Below, piece by piece: positions 1-14,747 of a DNA stretch of 64,000 nucleotides. The notes below the pieces were generated by a model. The model was not told where the DNA came from. It made no database searches and was given only the letters and a program-made list of their open reading frames with translations. Numbering within the stretch: the stretch's first letter is position 1; the number at the start of each line of letters is the position of its first letter. The position numbers and the translations under genes are program-made. The DNA comes from Eledone cirrhosa (Eukaryota), in contig OZ024743.1 of the NCBI GenBank assembly GCA_964016885.1, positions 288,486,001 to 288,550,000 on the forward strand, written 5' to 3'.

Positions 1-1660
1 TAATTGTTGTTACTATATATATATATATATATATATCGAGAAAAGAAGTTGAAAATGCATTTGTATATGTATATACACGTCAATATATATCTTCGGCAAG
101 TAGAAAGATCTTCTTTCCTAAAGTCTCAACACTAAAGGTTCTGCAAATATTCAAAGACAGCCAGCTTCGTTATCAAATTCAGTTCATAAAGTAATTTGTA
201 ACTACTCAAATACAGTTTGTGTAGTAAGAGATCTACTGTCGTTCTTCTATTCAGCATAGCACTGTATTTTTTTAGAACGTCAGCGAAATCTGTGCTGTTG
301 CTCTTAATATAAGCCAAGCTCAACAGCCATGTCAGGTACACAAATTATTTGGTCCAATTATTCTATTGTGAGATCGTATTGCCTCTCACCTTTCGAATCT
401 TTAGTTTCCTGCTAACCGCATTTTAAGAGCCAGTGTAAACAATCATTCGAAGGAGAGTGGGGTGAAATGTTTCTCTCTCAATGGATGGAAGGACTCTACA
501 TTACAATGCGTGAGAGTAGAGAGAGAATTTGGGTGACTTTAGCGGAGTCCAATCTGTTGCATGCATTCAGGTTAGGTCATCGCTTAGTAGACAACTAAAA
601 TACCTCCCTCCCCCCTTTCTCTCACCAAACTCAAAGGTCCAGCAAGGAGTTATGCGCCTTGTACTTTCCTCCATCACTAAAGAATAAAAATCGGTCTTCA
701 AGTGATATCTGAAAACATTAGTGGGGTTTTGGCCCGTGGAAATAATAATAATAAAATTAATCTTCAATACAGACTTATAAAATCTGACGAATACCTCTTT
801 TAATTAACAAAAACACAACAGAGTGAGGCAGAGCGAAAACAACAAAGGGGTAAGTGATAAAAGAAGCCAAAAGAAGCAAACATGAGAAAAAGATGGTGTA
901 AAACGGACAACTATAAAGAGTTAAATGTTTCTCTTGTTGAATATTGTCGTAGCCTCCATATATTATATCTTGTTTATGGTTTCTAGATCTGTTCTTTGAT
1001 GAACTTGATCTCCCTTACCACCCTCCGGGGAAACGCCTTCTACATTCCGTCCGCCGGGGCCGTGGGGCGGCCAGCATGTGGGACCACATTTGCTCATAAT
1101 AGTGAGAGTTGGGGAGGGCAAGAGAGATGAAGGCGGTGACAGTGGGAGTTCGGCTCTTCTGTGTTCGGACCTGGTGTATAACATCAGTTTTCCGTATATT
1201 CTCTATTGATAATAGCGTCAGTTAACGGTACATAGGGGATATACGATGGTCTTGAACAATGCCCCCCCCCCCCTCCCCGCTATTAATTTTTTATTCGCCT
1301 CACCAGGCTTTTATTAACCCCCCACCCTCCTTATTAAATTTTCTTAATCTGTCTCCGGCGAAATTTTATTGGAAGTGATTCATATCGATACAGCAGCTGG
1401 AGAATCTAATAATAATTTTATTTTACACTGAAAAGACATTATAGATGACAAAAAAAGGACATTACACGGACTCCCATGATTACGAACGTACAAGATACAA
1501 TTTCAATTCCCACCCCGCTTTTATTCCCATACTTACATTAATGTATATTACACAACATATATGCAAATACATGTATATATTATATATTAAATACGCAAAG
1601 AAGTCTGGCCTATACATATATACACACATAACTATATATATATATATATATATATATAAC

Positions 1661-1842
1661 GAAGGAAATGTGGTAAGGAACCAGGTGGACCATAACGCAC
1701 CAAAGTACTCAATACTTAGGGTAGTAGAGTGGGTAATAGGAACAAGTAAGACCCCGACGGCTGAGCTCAAGCCGTTTCGACGGCTAATTCTGAATTAGCC
1801 GTCGAAACGGCTTGAGCTCAGCCGTCGGATCTTACTTGTTCC
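1661..1842. mobile_element. Short fold-back element in (TA)n, Penelope-terminus-like; near-perfect palindrome 1739-1842
   Basis: ggaacaagtaag..ccgtttcgacggctaatt-ctg-aattagccgtcgaaacgg..cttacttgttcc. Inverted homologue at 58458-58634; fragments at ~6037-6125, 37342-37397 and ~47480-47535. Confidence 0.65.
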
Positions 1843-1854
1843 TATATATATATA

Positions 1855-2001
<147 letters not shown>

Positions 2002-2083
2002 TACGTTATTCCGGGTTGAATCGGAGGTAACCACAGTAAGTAAGGTACTCAGTACATAGCAGAGTATAACAGTTTTAATATAT

Positions 2084-2140
2084 ATGAGATTCCTGATGAT
2101 TTCTAAAGAATGAAACAGTTCTAGTCCTGTAGAATATCAT
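2084..2140 (+). ncRNA. Type I hammerhead ribozyme motif, intact core
   Basis: Stem I atgagattc/gaatatcat; CTGATGA 2093-2099; stem II ttc-taaa-gaa; GAAA 2112-2115; stem III acag/ctgt; predicted cut after GUA at 2131. Confidence 0.75.
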
Positions 2141-2197
2141 CTATATTAAAACTATATATATATATATATATAATGTGTGTGTGTGTATGTATGTATG

Positions 2198-2288
<91 letters not shown>

Positions 2289-2441
2289 CTACATATACAA
2301 ACATATAAACAGATGCGCACACATACGTACTTATACAGAGAGAGAGAGAGAGAGAGAGACTATATTCCTAAAAAAACGTTAGTGCTGTGTCAATTGAAAT
2401 CTACGGAGCAGGTGCCAGCGATACGAAGGGAATTAACATTT

Positions 2442-2483
<42 letters not shown>

Positions 2484-2928
2484 CACAGACACACACACAC
2501 ACACATCAACAACCGACATGCATTCACACACATATCACACGTATATACAAATTAAATAAATGACAATATTTTATATAAACGCCCGTCTGAGTAGATAGAA
2601 GTTTTGAAGCATGCTGGCGTCACAGTGGATTGGCGTCACAAAAAGAAATAGCTGAAAATGCACTAAGATATTGCAAGAGACCAAGGAGCGATTAAGATAA
2701 CTAAACACCACCAACAGCAGCAGCAGCCTGTGGGAACACGGATAGGATAATCGTTGGTATGTTTATGTATATACAAGAGATTATATTGTAGGCATATATT
2801 TATGTATGCATGTATGTATGTCTCAATTGATATATCTATATATCTATATATATCTATATATATCTATATATCTATATATATATAAATAACAGGAGGCTGG
2901 ACTGGTGTAAATCCTTGAAATGTTTATT

Positions 2929-2986
2929 ATACTATGATCATTTCAATGACCGGGTTCCATATGAATCCGGTGATATCATCAGGTAT
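2929..2986 (-). ncRNA. Type I hammerhead ribozyme motif, intact core, palindromic stem III
   Basis: Minus strand reads atac CTGATGA tatc-accgg..ccggt-catt GAAA tgatca TA gtat; stem III palindrome ATGATCAT. Confidence 0.7.
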
Positions 2987-3799
2987 TCGAAATATAACAA
3001 AGGAATATGTAAAAACCGAAAAATCAGAGACAGAGAGGACGTCTGACCAACTAGCTGCCTTCACTTCGGCCAGTCACCCTCAAATCGATGGCTACTCGAT
3101 CTGCTAATGACCATCTGGCGAGGGGCGAAGGCTTATAATGTACTACCACCTCTCCGTCAAAGAATAAAAAAGGGGAAGAAAGAAAGAAAGAAAGAAAGAA
3201 AGGAAGAAAGAAAGAAGAAAAAGAAAGAAGTCACCATAAGGGTCACACTACAGTCAAGCTAGAAAACGCCGCGAAAAATGTTATTCTAAAGAATCTATAT
3301 TTTAACAAAGGCATATACACGTATAATGGGTGTCTGTATTGTCTAATGTGTGAACAGAAAATTAGAACGTTAAACTTATGTTACGAGTTATAGGATGAAA
3401 TTAAATTAAAGAATAATAAATTGAAAATTGGAAAATAAATAAAAAAATTATTTAATGAACTTACAGAGAGAGTCTTATATGAAAAAGTTAATCTCGATAA
3501 GATATCAGGGTGGGATATAGAGTAAAGATTAAAGCCTTCGATTGTGAATCCCAGCTAGCACCTCCTAACCACGTGTCAGCCAGTTTCAAGTGGTATCGTC
3601 CAGTGAAAGAAATGGAAATTAATTATTCCGAGTACTCTAGGAACGTAGCTACCCTAGGCGTCGGGTGTGCTAGCGGGAAGTCTACAATTTCGAGAGGCCA
3701 TCGTCAATACCGAACGAATACTATTAATTCACACATGAGGGGTTTATTTACGTGCCAGTAGAGGCATGATACAGCTAACAGTTATGCCTAAGCCTAGAG

Positions 3800-4610
3800 T
3801 TTATAGGTATAAGTATAGTATGGCAGTCAAAACAGGCGGCGCGGCGGGCCCGGGGCAAAGCATCCGCTCCGAGTAATTTCGTTTATCGAAAGAGGGGAAA
3901 TTTATTTTTCCAAGCACTCAAGGAAGGCTGAACTTTCCGAGCGCCCATCGCGCAGCCGGGAAAAGCCACCACATCAATCGGAGGTAGCAAAACCCAATAA
4001 AGAGTGCAAATAGACTATAATTATTTTAAAGTCCCAGTTAGTCCGGGTTATAAGTAGTGTTTCTTAGGTGGGTAGGGGGCTATGAAAGGTGCATAATGAC
4101 CTGAGTAAGGAAAGTTACAAATAAATAAAAGCAGGATACAAAGATAAAATACAAAGATAAAGAATACATTGATAAAAATACATTAATAAACTGATAAAAG
4201 TAAAAAGTAAAATACATAAATAAAACGTCTTCATAGCTAGGGTAGTGATGTAGTAAGACGCAAGTATATAAGAACATATCGGAGGAATCAGAGCAAAGGG
4301 GAAATACAATATAGATCAAGTTGTAGTAGGATAATACAGGTTGTACATATAGATATAGAGGATGGAAGAGATGGAGTGGTAACAGGTGGTACCTAGTGTA
4401 AAGTTCGGGTCACCGAATTCAGTGAGAGTCACATAAAAAGTCCTGAGGTATAGAGTAGAGAATTCAGTCAATACAATACATGTTTTAGTATAATACGTAG
4501 AATTTTGTCGGAATCCGAATATTCCCGACAGGGAAGCAGCATCGGGTGGGCGGTAGACAAAGCACAGAACAGCCAAAATCCGAATGGTAAGTAGATCAGT
4601 TAATCCCATG
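3800..4610 (-). pseudogene. Decayed AP-endonuclease fragment of a CR1/L2-like LINE
   Basis: Minus-strand motifs FVYRPPD, GDPNF (GDFN-like) and SAFLECLE..INEITR; stops and an AT-rich insert interrupt it. Confidence 0.5.
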
Positions 4611-4899
4611 CTGACGGTAGCTGTACACTGAAGTCAATGCCGCTGTTCAATATTGGAAGTGTTCAACATTATTGGTTGTTGGTTCACCACTGGATAGAAT
4701 TGATCATTCTGTATGGTCAATCTTGGTGTAATATTGTGGAGAGTACTCAACGAAGTTCACCCGTGTTCGTTTGTGTAGTTGGTGGTGCGAATACGGAGTT
4801 AATTATAAATAAAAATAACAGGAGGCTGGACAGTAAATCCTTGAAAGGTTTATTATACTATGATTATTTCAATGACCGGGTTCCATGTGAATCCGGTGA

Positions 4900-5046
<147 letters not shown>

Positions 5047-5249
5047 TATATTTATATATTATATATTCATATAATATATATATATTCATATATATATATA
5101 TATTTATATATATATATATTCATATATATATATATATATTCATATATATATAATATAAATAACAGGAGGCTGGACAGTAAATCCTTGAAAGGTTTATTAT
5201 ACTATGATTATTTCAATGACCGGGTTCCATGTGAATCCGGTGATATATG

Positions 5250-5410
<161 letters not shown>

Positions 5411-5578
5411 TATATTTATATATTATATATTCATATAATATATATATATTCATATATATATATATATTCATATATATATATATATATATATTCATATATA
5501 TATATATATATATTCATATATATATAATATATTCATATAATATATATATATATTCATATATATATATATTATATATTC

Positions 5579-5609
<31 letters not shown>

Positions 5610-5734
5610 TAGTTTTGCGAAGTTTTTGTTATGAAATCATATGTCGAAACAAATATGACCCATCCCCAAGTATAACAATATATATATATATTCATATATA
5701 TATATATATATATATTCATATATATATATATATT

Positions 5735-6017
5735 ATTCAAAATAGTAACAAATGAAAAATATTCTCATAATCAAAATATATACTTTATTATATATTTGAA
5801 AGGTACTGTGTTGTTTTTCAATACGTCCTCATCAGACAAAATATATTAAAGTATATTAAAATATATAAAGTATATATTTTGATTATGAGAATATTTTTCA
5901 TTTGTTAATATTTTGAATAATATTAAAAACTCCAGGAAAATTGTTACTGTTGAGTGCTTCTAATCTATTGTAAAATTGTATTCATTGAGTAATCAACGAA
6001 CCATACTAATCTTTGGT
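5735..6017 (-). mobile_element. Fold-back element with mutated hammerhead (5779-5845)
   Basis: Inverted repeat ~5735-5787 / ~5866-5919. Minus strand tatattttgt CTGATGA gga-gtattg..cagtac-ttt CAAA tata TA ataaagtata, where GAAA has become CAAA. Confidence 0.6.
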
Positions 6018-6124
6018 TATATATATATATATATATAGGGAAAGAGTCAGCATCTCGACAGGTGAGCTCCGTCCGTTTCGACAGCTAGATCCGAACTGAA
6101 CCAGGTTCCTTAGCACACTTTCTT

Positions 6125-6168
<44 letters not shown>

Positions 6169-6186
6169 TATATATACATACATACA

Positions 6187-6232
<46 letters not shown>

Positions 6233-6325
6233 CATATATTGGGTCGTCAAGTATGAAAAATATAGGAATTTGTTTTTTTTCTACAAATTTCTACAAATTT
6301 CATACTTGCCGACCCAATATATGTA

Positions 6326-6370
<45 letters not shown>

Positions 6371-6752
6371 TTATGTATACAACACCATAATTGGTTAAAA
6401 ATTGTAATAGACTTTATTAAATTCAGAAGAATGATTGTCTCTTCGCCTTTTAAATCTCTTACAGCAATCACTAATTATCTGCCGTATCTTAATTTGCGCA
6501 CAAGTATATATATATATATATATATATACACGCACACGCAATATATATATATATATATTATATATTAGGAAATTTGGGAAATTATAGAAAACATTTTTTT
6601 TTATTAAACTTCATTCAATTTCAATAACTTCGCATAATTGTTTTCCCTATCTTTTTATCTCTAATGGATGGCAGTATCTTAATTCGTATACCTGCTTATA
6701 TAAATATATATATATATATATACATAGATCTCTCCTCTCCTTTACACACATA

Positions 6753-6875
<123 letters not shown>

Positions 6876-7180
6876 CTCCCCTTCTCATTCTCCTCCGCTT
6901 CTCGCCCCCCCCTCTCTCTTTCTCACCCTCCCTCTTTCTCTCTCTCTTTCTTTCTCTCTGCATATATATATATATATCCTGGCGCGTAAGTGTGTGTATG
7001 TGTGTGTCTATGTATGTACGTGTATGCGTGTATGTATGTGTGTGGGGTGTACAATCATCTATGACAAGATTAATACTTTCTTCTTAATTTTAAACATAAT
7101 TTTTAAGAAACATGATGTAAATTATTTAGTATTCAATATATTTTACATGTAGCAAGACGATCTTAAGTTATGCTGTAACA

Positions 7181-7268
7181 ATAATAATTGTTTCTACTTT
7201 TGGCACAAGACCAGCAAATACCTAGTACATTACTGGTACTTTATTTTATCGACCCCGTAAGGATGAAA
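7181..7268 (-). mobile_element. 3' part of tRNA-derived SINE family A
   Basis: Matches the reverse complement of the SINE tail (tttctacttttggcacaag..actttattttatcgacccc). Confidence 0.8.
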
Positions 7269-7269
7269 G

Positions 7270-8270
7270 TAATAATAATAATAGTAATAACAATAATTTC
7301 TTTTTTGGCCACAAGGGGACAATAGAATAACAATAAAATAAATAATAACAATACACATTCCCCAATAGGGGGTAAGACCACCCAGGGGTGACTCAGTATC
7401 CCACTCGAGGCTCCGAGCACACCCGAGCAGTGCGCCCCTCTCCTATCCAAATCAGCAAACCTACTGACGCATGGTAAAATTAGGGCCATTCATACGGGCA
7501 ATCCTAGTAACATTCACTTACGTTTTAGCAAATGTACTGGGAGGCAGCACTTCCCTCTCCACCCTCAACTTCCTTTCCAACTTGATGAGGGATTGGCCGA
7601 AGAGAAAAGTGTCTGTCTTCAGTCATTTCAGCCTCGTCCACCACAGTCTCTTTCGCTACAGCCACCATAGAGAGGAAAATTGCCTGTTCTTCCCGGCTAA
7701 AAGAAGGCGGTGGGACGATCTACACGATGAACTCGGTCAATAGCTGTTCGACATAACTCCCCAAGTCAGTAATACACGGACGCTGGACCAGTGCATACAG
7801 AATGGTTTCGTCACTCGGTTTGTACCTTGGACACCAACATTCCGTACCTGTCGAGTTTATCTCGAACGGGCAGTGATCCTAGGTAGCACTGCCAAACGAG
7901 GGCTTTCTGGACGTTATCCACAATCCCCGGCGACCCCAAAATTCCCTGGAAGATACCTCCAGATTTCAGACACCCAGTCTCGGTTAATTCTTGACCCAGC
8001 ACTGCAGCCCAGTCAAAAATACGAACTATGGGAGTACTTGTCTCACAAACGACGACCACATATGTTTGCTGTTTAAGAATATCTGAAAATGGTTTAACCT
8101 CAGAGCATATTTGCGCATCACCAGCCACTGCACGCTCAGCCCACCGCATAGAGTGTGCTGGCAGAAGATGGACCGCCTCACCAATGGAACCTGTCCTTTC
8201 CACAGGAATTTGAAGAGAAAGCGTTTCAATTTGGTGGGGTGCTCACAGGGGTAACGAACGACGGTCTGCC
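7270..8270 (-). pseudogene. 5'-truncated decayed Tx1/L1-type LINE related to the intact element
   Basis: Frameshifted peptides KRFLFKFLWKGQVPLVRRSIFCQH and QKALVWQCY..LPVRDKL align with the ORF2 C-terminus; 3' end ccttgtggccaaaaaagaaatt plus (TTA)n. Confidence 0.9.
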
Positions 8271-8697
8271 GAATATAAGTGATTCAATTACATCAAACTG
8301 ACTAGCAAAAAATTACTCATTCACAAGCTAACCGAAAATAAGCCGTATTAAATACGTATAAATATAGTGTTAATTTCGTAATATTTTACATGCATGAAAT
8401 AACATGAAATTAGACAAAGGCATACGACACATGAACATACAGTTTTGTTCGTGGTATAGTGTAAATGTAAGATGTTTGGTTTGCAGAACACATTATCAAT
8501 GTTAAAAAAATCTATAATAATCATTGCTATCATATGATACATTCAACAAAACCTATCATAATTTTCATTCAACGACCCTGTGCATTATTTACCGAATAAG
8601 GTATCAAGTCTATGTATATACATAATATACATAATATACATAATATAAAAATATATATACATAATATAAAAATATATATATATATATATATATATAT

Positions 8698-9249
8698 TTC
8701 GCTGAAAATTATAAATGTTGGATTCTTATAGAATTCCAGTAATAATCAGGAACTGATTATACAGAGCAGTTGCCGGTCCAGCAAAAAATTGAAAATTAGA
8801 ATTGGTGCTCTGAAATAGCGATATATATATGAATGTATATATAGTGTATTTTGCAATACACTGTATGCTTAATTAAAAGCATTTTGAAGACCTTACGCTA
8901 TTGTTTTAAAGATTTCAGAGCACCAATTCTAATTTTCAACTTTTGCTGGACCGGCAACCGCTCTGTATAATCAGTTCCTGATTATTACTGGAATTCTATA
9001 AGAATCCAACATTCATAATTTTCAGCGAACAGGAAGAGTGCAGAGCTTTGATAAGTACCAACAAGTACGAAACAGAGCTCTGTCAGCTTATCTTCCCTTG
9101 TTTGCTGAAAATTGAAGTAAGTGACATTGTCACTACTTTAAAACAATAGCGTAAGCTCTTCAAAATGCTTTTAATTTAGCATACAGAGTATTGCAAAATA
9201 CACTATATATACATGCATATATATATATCGCTATTTCAGGGCACCAATT

Positions 9250-9250
<1 letters not shown>
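8698..9250 (+). mobile_element. Hammerhead-containing 321-bp unit with an inverted, circularly permuted partial copy
   Basis: 8698-8816 inverts to 8912-9029 and 8799-8911 inverts to 9136-9250. Decayed hammerhead 9043-9089: gagct TTGATAA gtac..gtac GAAA cagagctctg TC agctt. Confidence 0.7.
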
Positions 9251-9329
<79 letters not shown>

Positions 9330-9333
<4 letters not shown>

Positions 9334-9342
9334 CATATATAT

Positions 9343-9386
<44 letters not shown>

Positions 9387-9539
9387 GTACACATATGTAT
9401 ATACATATATGTATATATATAAATATATATATCCATCCTAGTTCACAAAATTCCTTTGCCTAATGGGTGATTGAAGAGGAAATAGGCTTTTTATTCCTTC
9501 ATTCCTGTTGTTTCTTTTTCTGCGAGAGCAAATTTGCTA

Positions 9540-9600
<61 letters not shown>

Positions 9601-9633
9601 GTCTATCTGTCTCTCTCTCCCTCACTCTCTTTC

Positions 9634-9672
<39 letters not shown>

Positions 9673-9705
9673 ATAGAGAGAGACATATATATACATATAT
9701 ATATG

Positions 9706-9739
<34 letters not shown>

Positions 9740-9903
9740 CATATATATATGTACACATATGTATATACATATATGTATATATATAAATATATATATCCAT
9801 CCTAGTTCACAAAATTCCTTTGCCTAATGGGTGATTGAAGAGGAAATAGGCTTTTTATTCCTTCATTCCTGTTGTTTCTTTTTCTGCGAGAGCAAATTTG
9901 CTA

Positions 9904-9964
<61 letters not shown>

Positions 9965-9997
9965 GTCTATCTGTCTCTCTCTCCCTCACTCTCTTTC

Positions 9998-10038
<41 letters not shown>

Positions 10039-10060
10039 ATAGAGAGAGACATATATATAT
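9330..10060. repeat. 364-bp tandem duplication between TA tracts
   Basis: atccatcctagttcac.. block repeats at 9431 and 9795. Confidence 0.9.
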
Positions 10061-11009
10061 ATGTGTGTGTGTGTATTTACAGTGTGTGTAATTACAGTAT
10101 TTACAGTAAAGCAAAAGTGTAATATTACACACCGAAGAAGTTAATTAAAATAACTACACGTGAAGGGGTAAGAGGTATGAGAAGTTTAAAATAAAAATAT
10201 CATTTCTAATAAAGGCTCAACAATTTTACCTAATAATGAAAATAATGAAAATGAAAGTAATATTTACTCATAATGCTAATTATAATGGTGATGAGCAGGA
10301 TGATAACAATTTGCTTATCTTTCTCACTCTCTCTCTCTCTATATATATATACATGTGCATGTGTGTGTATGTGTATGTACCCGCCTGTAAGTATTTATTT
10401 ATGCATTCATGTATGCATGTATGTATGTGTGTATGTATATGCATTTTTGAGTTTTGTTACACTAAAAAATTAATTGCTTACTTTTGCCTAAAATTAATTG
10501 GGCACTCATATCTGATGAATTTCCAAAATTTTGTTTTCTTTAATTTTCTCCTATATCAGAAAATATCTATACTTTTCTGCCCACTTTCGTCTCCGTCACC
10601 GCAATCACCCATCAATTTGCTATTTCTTAACAACAAAAATAAAATTTAAAACTAAGTAAAATGAATAAAAATATATATGAAATAGTAAAAATAAATTTTA
10701 AAATATACATAATGAATCTAGTGAAGAATTGAAAAATTGAAAATTGAAAAAGTTTAACAATAGTAAAAATTTAACACAAAAGAAAAAATAATAAAATATA
10801 TATTTAACTTATTTAAAGTAACTAATCTAATTCGGTTGCAATTGAAATAGCGAAATATTCTTAAAGGTGCGAGATTTTAGGTAATTGTTTGAAGTTTTTC
10901 ACACAAAGGCACACACAAGCACTTTCACACGCTATATGTACACGCAGATATGTGGATCTCTTTGTATGCATGTGATATATATGTGTGTGTGTGTCTATGT
11001 GTATGTGTG

Positions 11010-11090
<81 letters not shown>

Positions 11091-11329
11091 GATTTATCCA
11101 TAAATGCTATAAGTTCTCTCTATCTATTTTGCACTATGAATCTCAACAGGATATACACAGTTTATATGTGGCGAATGTATATATGATGCATACGTTTGCA
11201 CTTAAATCCACATGCTGATGCATATATATATATGTATATATATATATGATTGTGTGTGTGGTGGTGGTGGGGGGGTATGTGTGTTTGTGTCTGTTTATAG
11301 ATAAATATGTATATACATATATCTATATG

Positions 11330-11422
<93 letters not shown>

Positions 11423-11443
11423 TGTATATATATATATATATAA

Positions 11444-11495
<52 letters not shown>

Positions 11496-11589
11496 GCACA
11501 CTGTATAGGCCCACATATATATATATACAAGAGAAAAACTAGCCTGTTATTGTAAAATGATGTGTGTTTCCTGTTTTGTCCCACAATTG

Positions 11590-11648
<59 letters not shown>

Positions 11649-11809
11649 GCAAAATAATAAACACGAAAACATAAAAATTATTATGGTGAAGATCCTCATC
11701 ACCTACTAGTGAGGAAGATGATAAAAATAGTGATGAAAATCATGATGATTATGATGATGATGGTCATGATGTTGATGATGACGTTAACAATGACTTTGGC
11801 GATGATGAT

Positions 11810-11905
11810 GAAGAAGAAGAAGAAGAAGAAGAAGAAGAAGAAGAAGAAGAAGAAGAAGAAGAAGAAGAAGAAGAAGAAGAAGAAGAAGAAGAAGAAGAAG
11901 AAGAA
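11810..11905 (+). repeat. (GAA)n microsatellite
   Basis: Direct inspection. Confidence 0.95.
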
Positions 11906-12599
11906 TAGTGGTAACAGCACCAAACACAACAAAGCAGAGCAACATCAGAAACGAGAGCACACAGCCACCAACCACCATGACCACCACTAATAACAACAAA
12001 ATCAACCATCGGTGATAATGAAAATGGCATGCAGAAGTGTGAGAAGAGGAGACAATCCTGCTTTGTGGAAAATGATATAAAGATAAAGTCCCTGCAAGGT
12101 AGATAAATACGAACATCAAATAAATACTTCAATAGTATAAATAACAACAACCTACAAATGAATATATAGAAATATATATATATGTATATATATATATATA
12201 TGTATATCTGTTTATCTCTCTCTGTATATATATATACATATATATATATATATTTGTACACATAAATATATATGTGTATATAGTAAACATGCATATATAT
12301 TTATCCATATGTGCACTTTGCGATTTCCTTGTCACAGAATTTAGCGTTTACCATTCTATATACATATATACCGGAGTAGATACATGCATACATAATTACA
12401 TACATACATATATACATAGATATATACATATATACATACATACACACATATATACATACATACATACTTACATTCATACATACTTACATTCATTCATACA
12501 TAGTAGAAGCCAACTCATGCCAGAGTACGGCTATTTCTTATAAGAAGGAGAAAAAAATGATAGACATTGGTAAAGACATGTTATTGACGTTGTTGTCAT

Positions 12600-12980
12600 T
12601 GATGCTGACTTGGATGGCAGATGATACCAGTAAATATCATACATGTTATACCACACAATATGCAGGACCTTTCTTGAAGAGTTTCCAGTCCTGTGTGACT
12701 GCATCCTTCAACCACAAATGGTGGTATTATGCGACAAAACACGCGCTTTAATTCTACCTTATTGCCCTATTTCAGGCACTATAACATATTTCCCAGGTGA
12801 TTTGCCGGTATTCATCTATTTCACTGCAGTGTTAACTGAATTCTAATATGGGAGGATTATCAAGCTTGTTAATAACGGGAGCCTGCTCCATTGCCTCAAA
12901 CACGCCGGGATTAACAAGAAATGAATGGCTTACGAAATCGTTTAAAGTGTTCGGTTTATTTTGTCTTGAATTCATCCGAC
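12600..12980 (-). pseudogene. Decayed RTE-clade LINE fragment (region just upstream of the RT core)
   Basis: Minus-strand frameshifted EHF..EQAPVINKLDNPP..AVK*MNTGKSPG..PEI..VTQDWK..LFKKG resembles RTE GKAPGxDGIP and VPQDWK..KKG motifs. Confidence 0.7.
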
Positions 12981-13087
12981 TTACACAACGGTTAATTTCC
13001 ATTCTTTGACGTCTAAATTCTTATATACATACAAACATACATACATACATGCATGCATGCAAATATACATACATAGATGTATAAATA

Positions 13088-13166
13088 CATATATATATAT
13101 ATATATAATTCCGTTATAACGAATACCACCATAACAAAGTTTTCAGTATAACGAAATTTCACTGTA
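13088..13166 (-). mobile_element. Possible pogo/Tigger-like terminal inverted repeat remnant
   Basis: Minus strand TA|CAGTGAAATTTCGTTATAC with repeated ataacgaa motifs; no partner end found. Confidence 0.35.
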
Positions 13167-13449
13167 TATATATATATATATATATATGTCAGTTTCGGGA
13201 AGGGAGATGAATATGAGGGAGAGAAGGATATAGAAAGGGGGTTATGAAGAAAGAAATATAGAAAAAGGGAGATTATATGGTACACACCTCTAATTGATTC
13301 ACACCTCATCCACAATCAGTTATTTGTTCACTGCAAGCTGTTTTTTCCACACAATTGTCTCCTTTTTTGTTTACAATCAAATTAGCGTTGTGCAATAACT
13401 CCACATACGTATGCATACACATACAAAAACGCATACATATAGCTATATA

Positions 13450-13484
<35 letters not shown>

Positions 13485-14747
13485 TGGTATGTACGTTTTG
13501 AAACACCAAGCGAATTTGAGATTAGAAATAGAAGCTTTCGCCGCATTTTTTACTAAAGAAATTTTAGCCTGATAGTTAGGTTTAGAACCCTCTATATATG
13601 TGTATATAGATAAATATATGTGTATGTATGCATGTTATGTCAGTTCTTGTGAGGACATTATTCTGGGAGAAGGAAAGCTCCCATGTAAAACCTGAAGAGA
13701 ATGATGACATTTTTCCTCTTTTTTGATACCTGTCTCTGTTGTTCAGAGGATTGGTCCAGCGCCAGACCTTCTTCACTTTGCATATGCAGAAAATAATCTC
13801 CATGGCAAGGGTTGGCAATAAATTGCCTTATTGAGAGTATAAAGGTAATGTTGACATCGGTGAGATTTGAACTCATAACTTAGAAACTTGCAACTAAATA
13901 CCACAAATGTTCTCGAATGGTCTACCGATACTGCCAAACTATCGCCCCTATAAAGCCTAAAAAGTAATTATATATATATATATACATAGTGAATGCCTGT
14001 AGATCGGTTGGATTTCGTTAGTGGATAACTGTATACAATGTTCCATAGGAGTCTTAATTTTAAATATTAAAACTTTTAAATTAGTAATTATCCCAGATTA
14101 AAGAAATATTAACGCGCAGTCCTGATTAGTAGCATAATGTACACGCTATCAACACTGCTCTCTGTATGTAGGCTTGAATGCACAAACAATGGAAACAGAT
14201 CTCAATAAATGAGCAAAATGATATATACTTTATTACAGCAAAAATAGAATTCAAAGTCTTGGAGTTTCCTGCTTCATGGCATTAATCAAACTATACAATC
14301 AGTATGAAAATAAGCAATAACGAAAAGATCTGAACTAAAAATAGAAACGGAAGTTTTGATTTTATCACCACAAGATTCATATCACACCGCAAAATGCACT
14401 AAAAAAACGCAATAAAATAAATGAAGCAAATTAAAAAAAAGGAGACAAAGACAACGTCAACTTCGGACTAAGCAATCAATCTTACGAAACAATAGATTAC
14501 GTCATTTCCGTTTGCAAAGTCGTCATAATGACATTATATATCCACATGTGTAACCAAGTAGATATTTATATCCATAGGGAAATATGTTAACATTTAAATA
14601 TTAAAACTGAAAATAAGGTAAAATCATCCGCCAAATCCGGCATATGACACCAGTGTCTCGATATTATCGATCTTGTATGCCTAAACTGGCAAGATCAAAG
14701 CAAACGTCTCAGATACCCCCACTCATATGTATATATTGAAGAAGTTG

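Noticed and set aside
130-470. Possible hAT transposase C-terminal remnant on the minus strand
   Set aside because: Only a vague resemblance across frameshifts; needs an HMM search.
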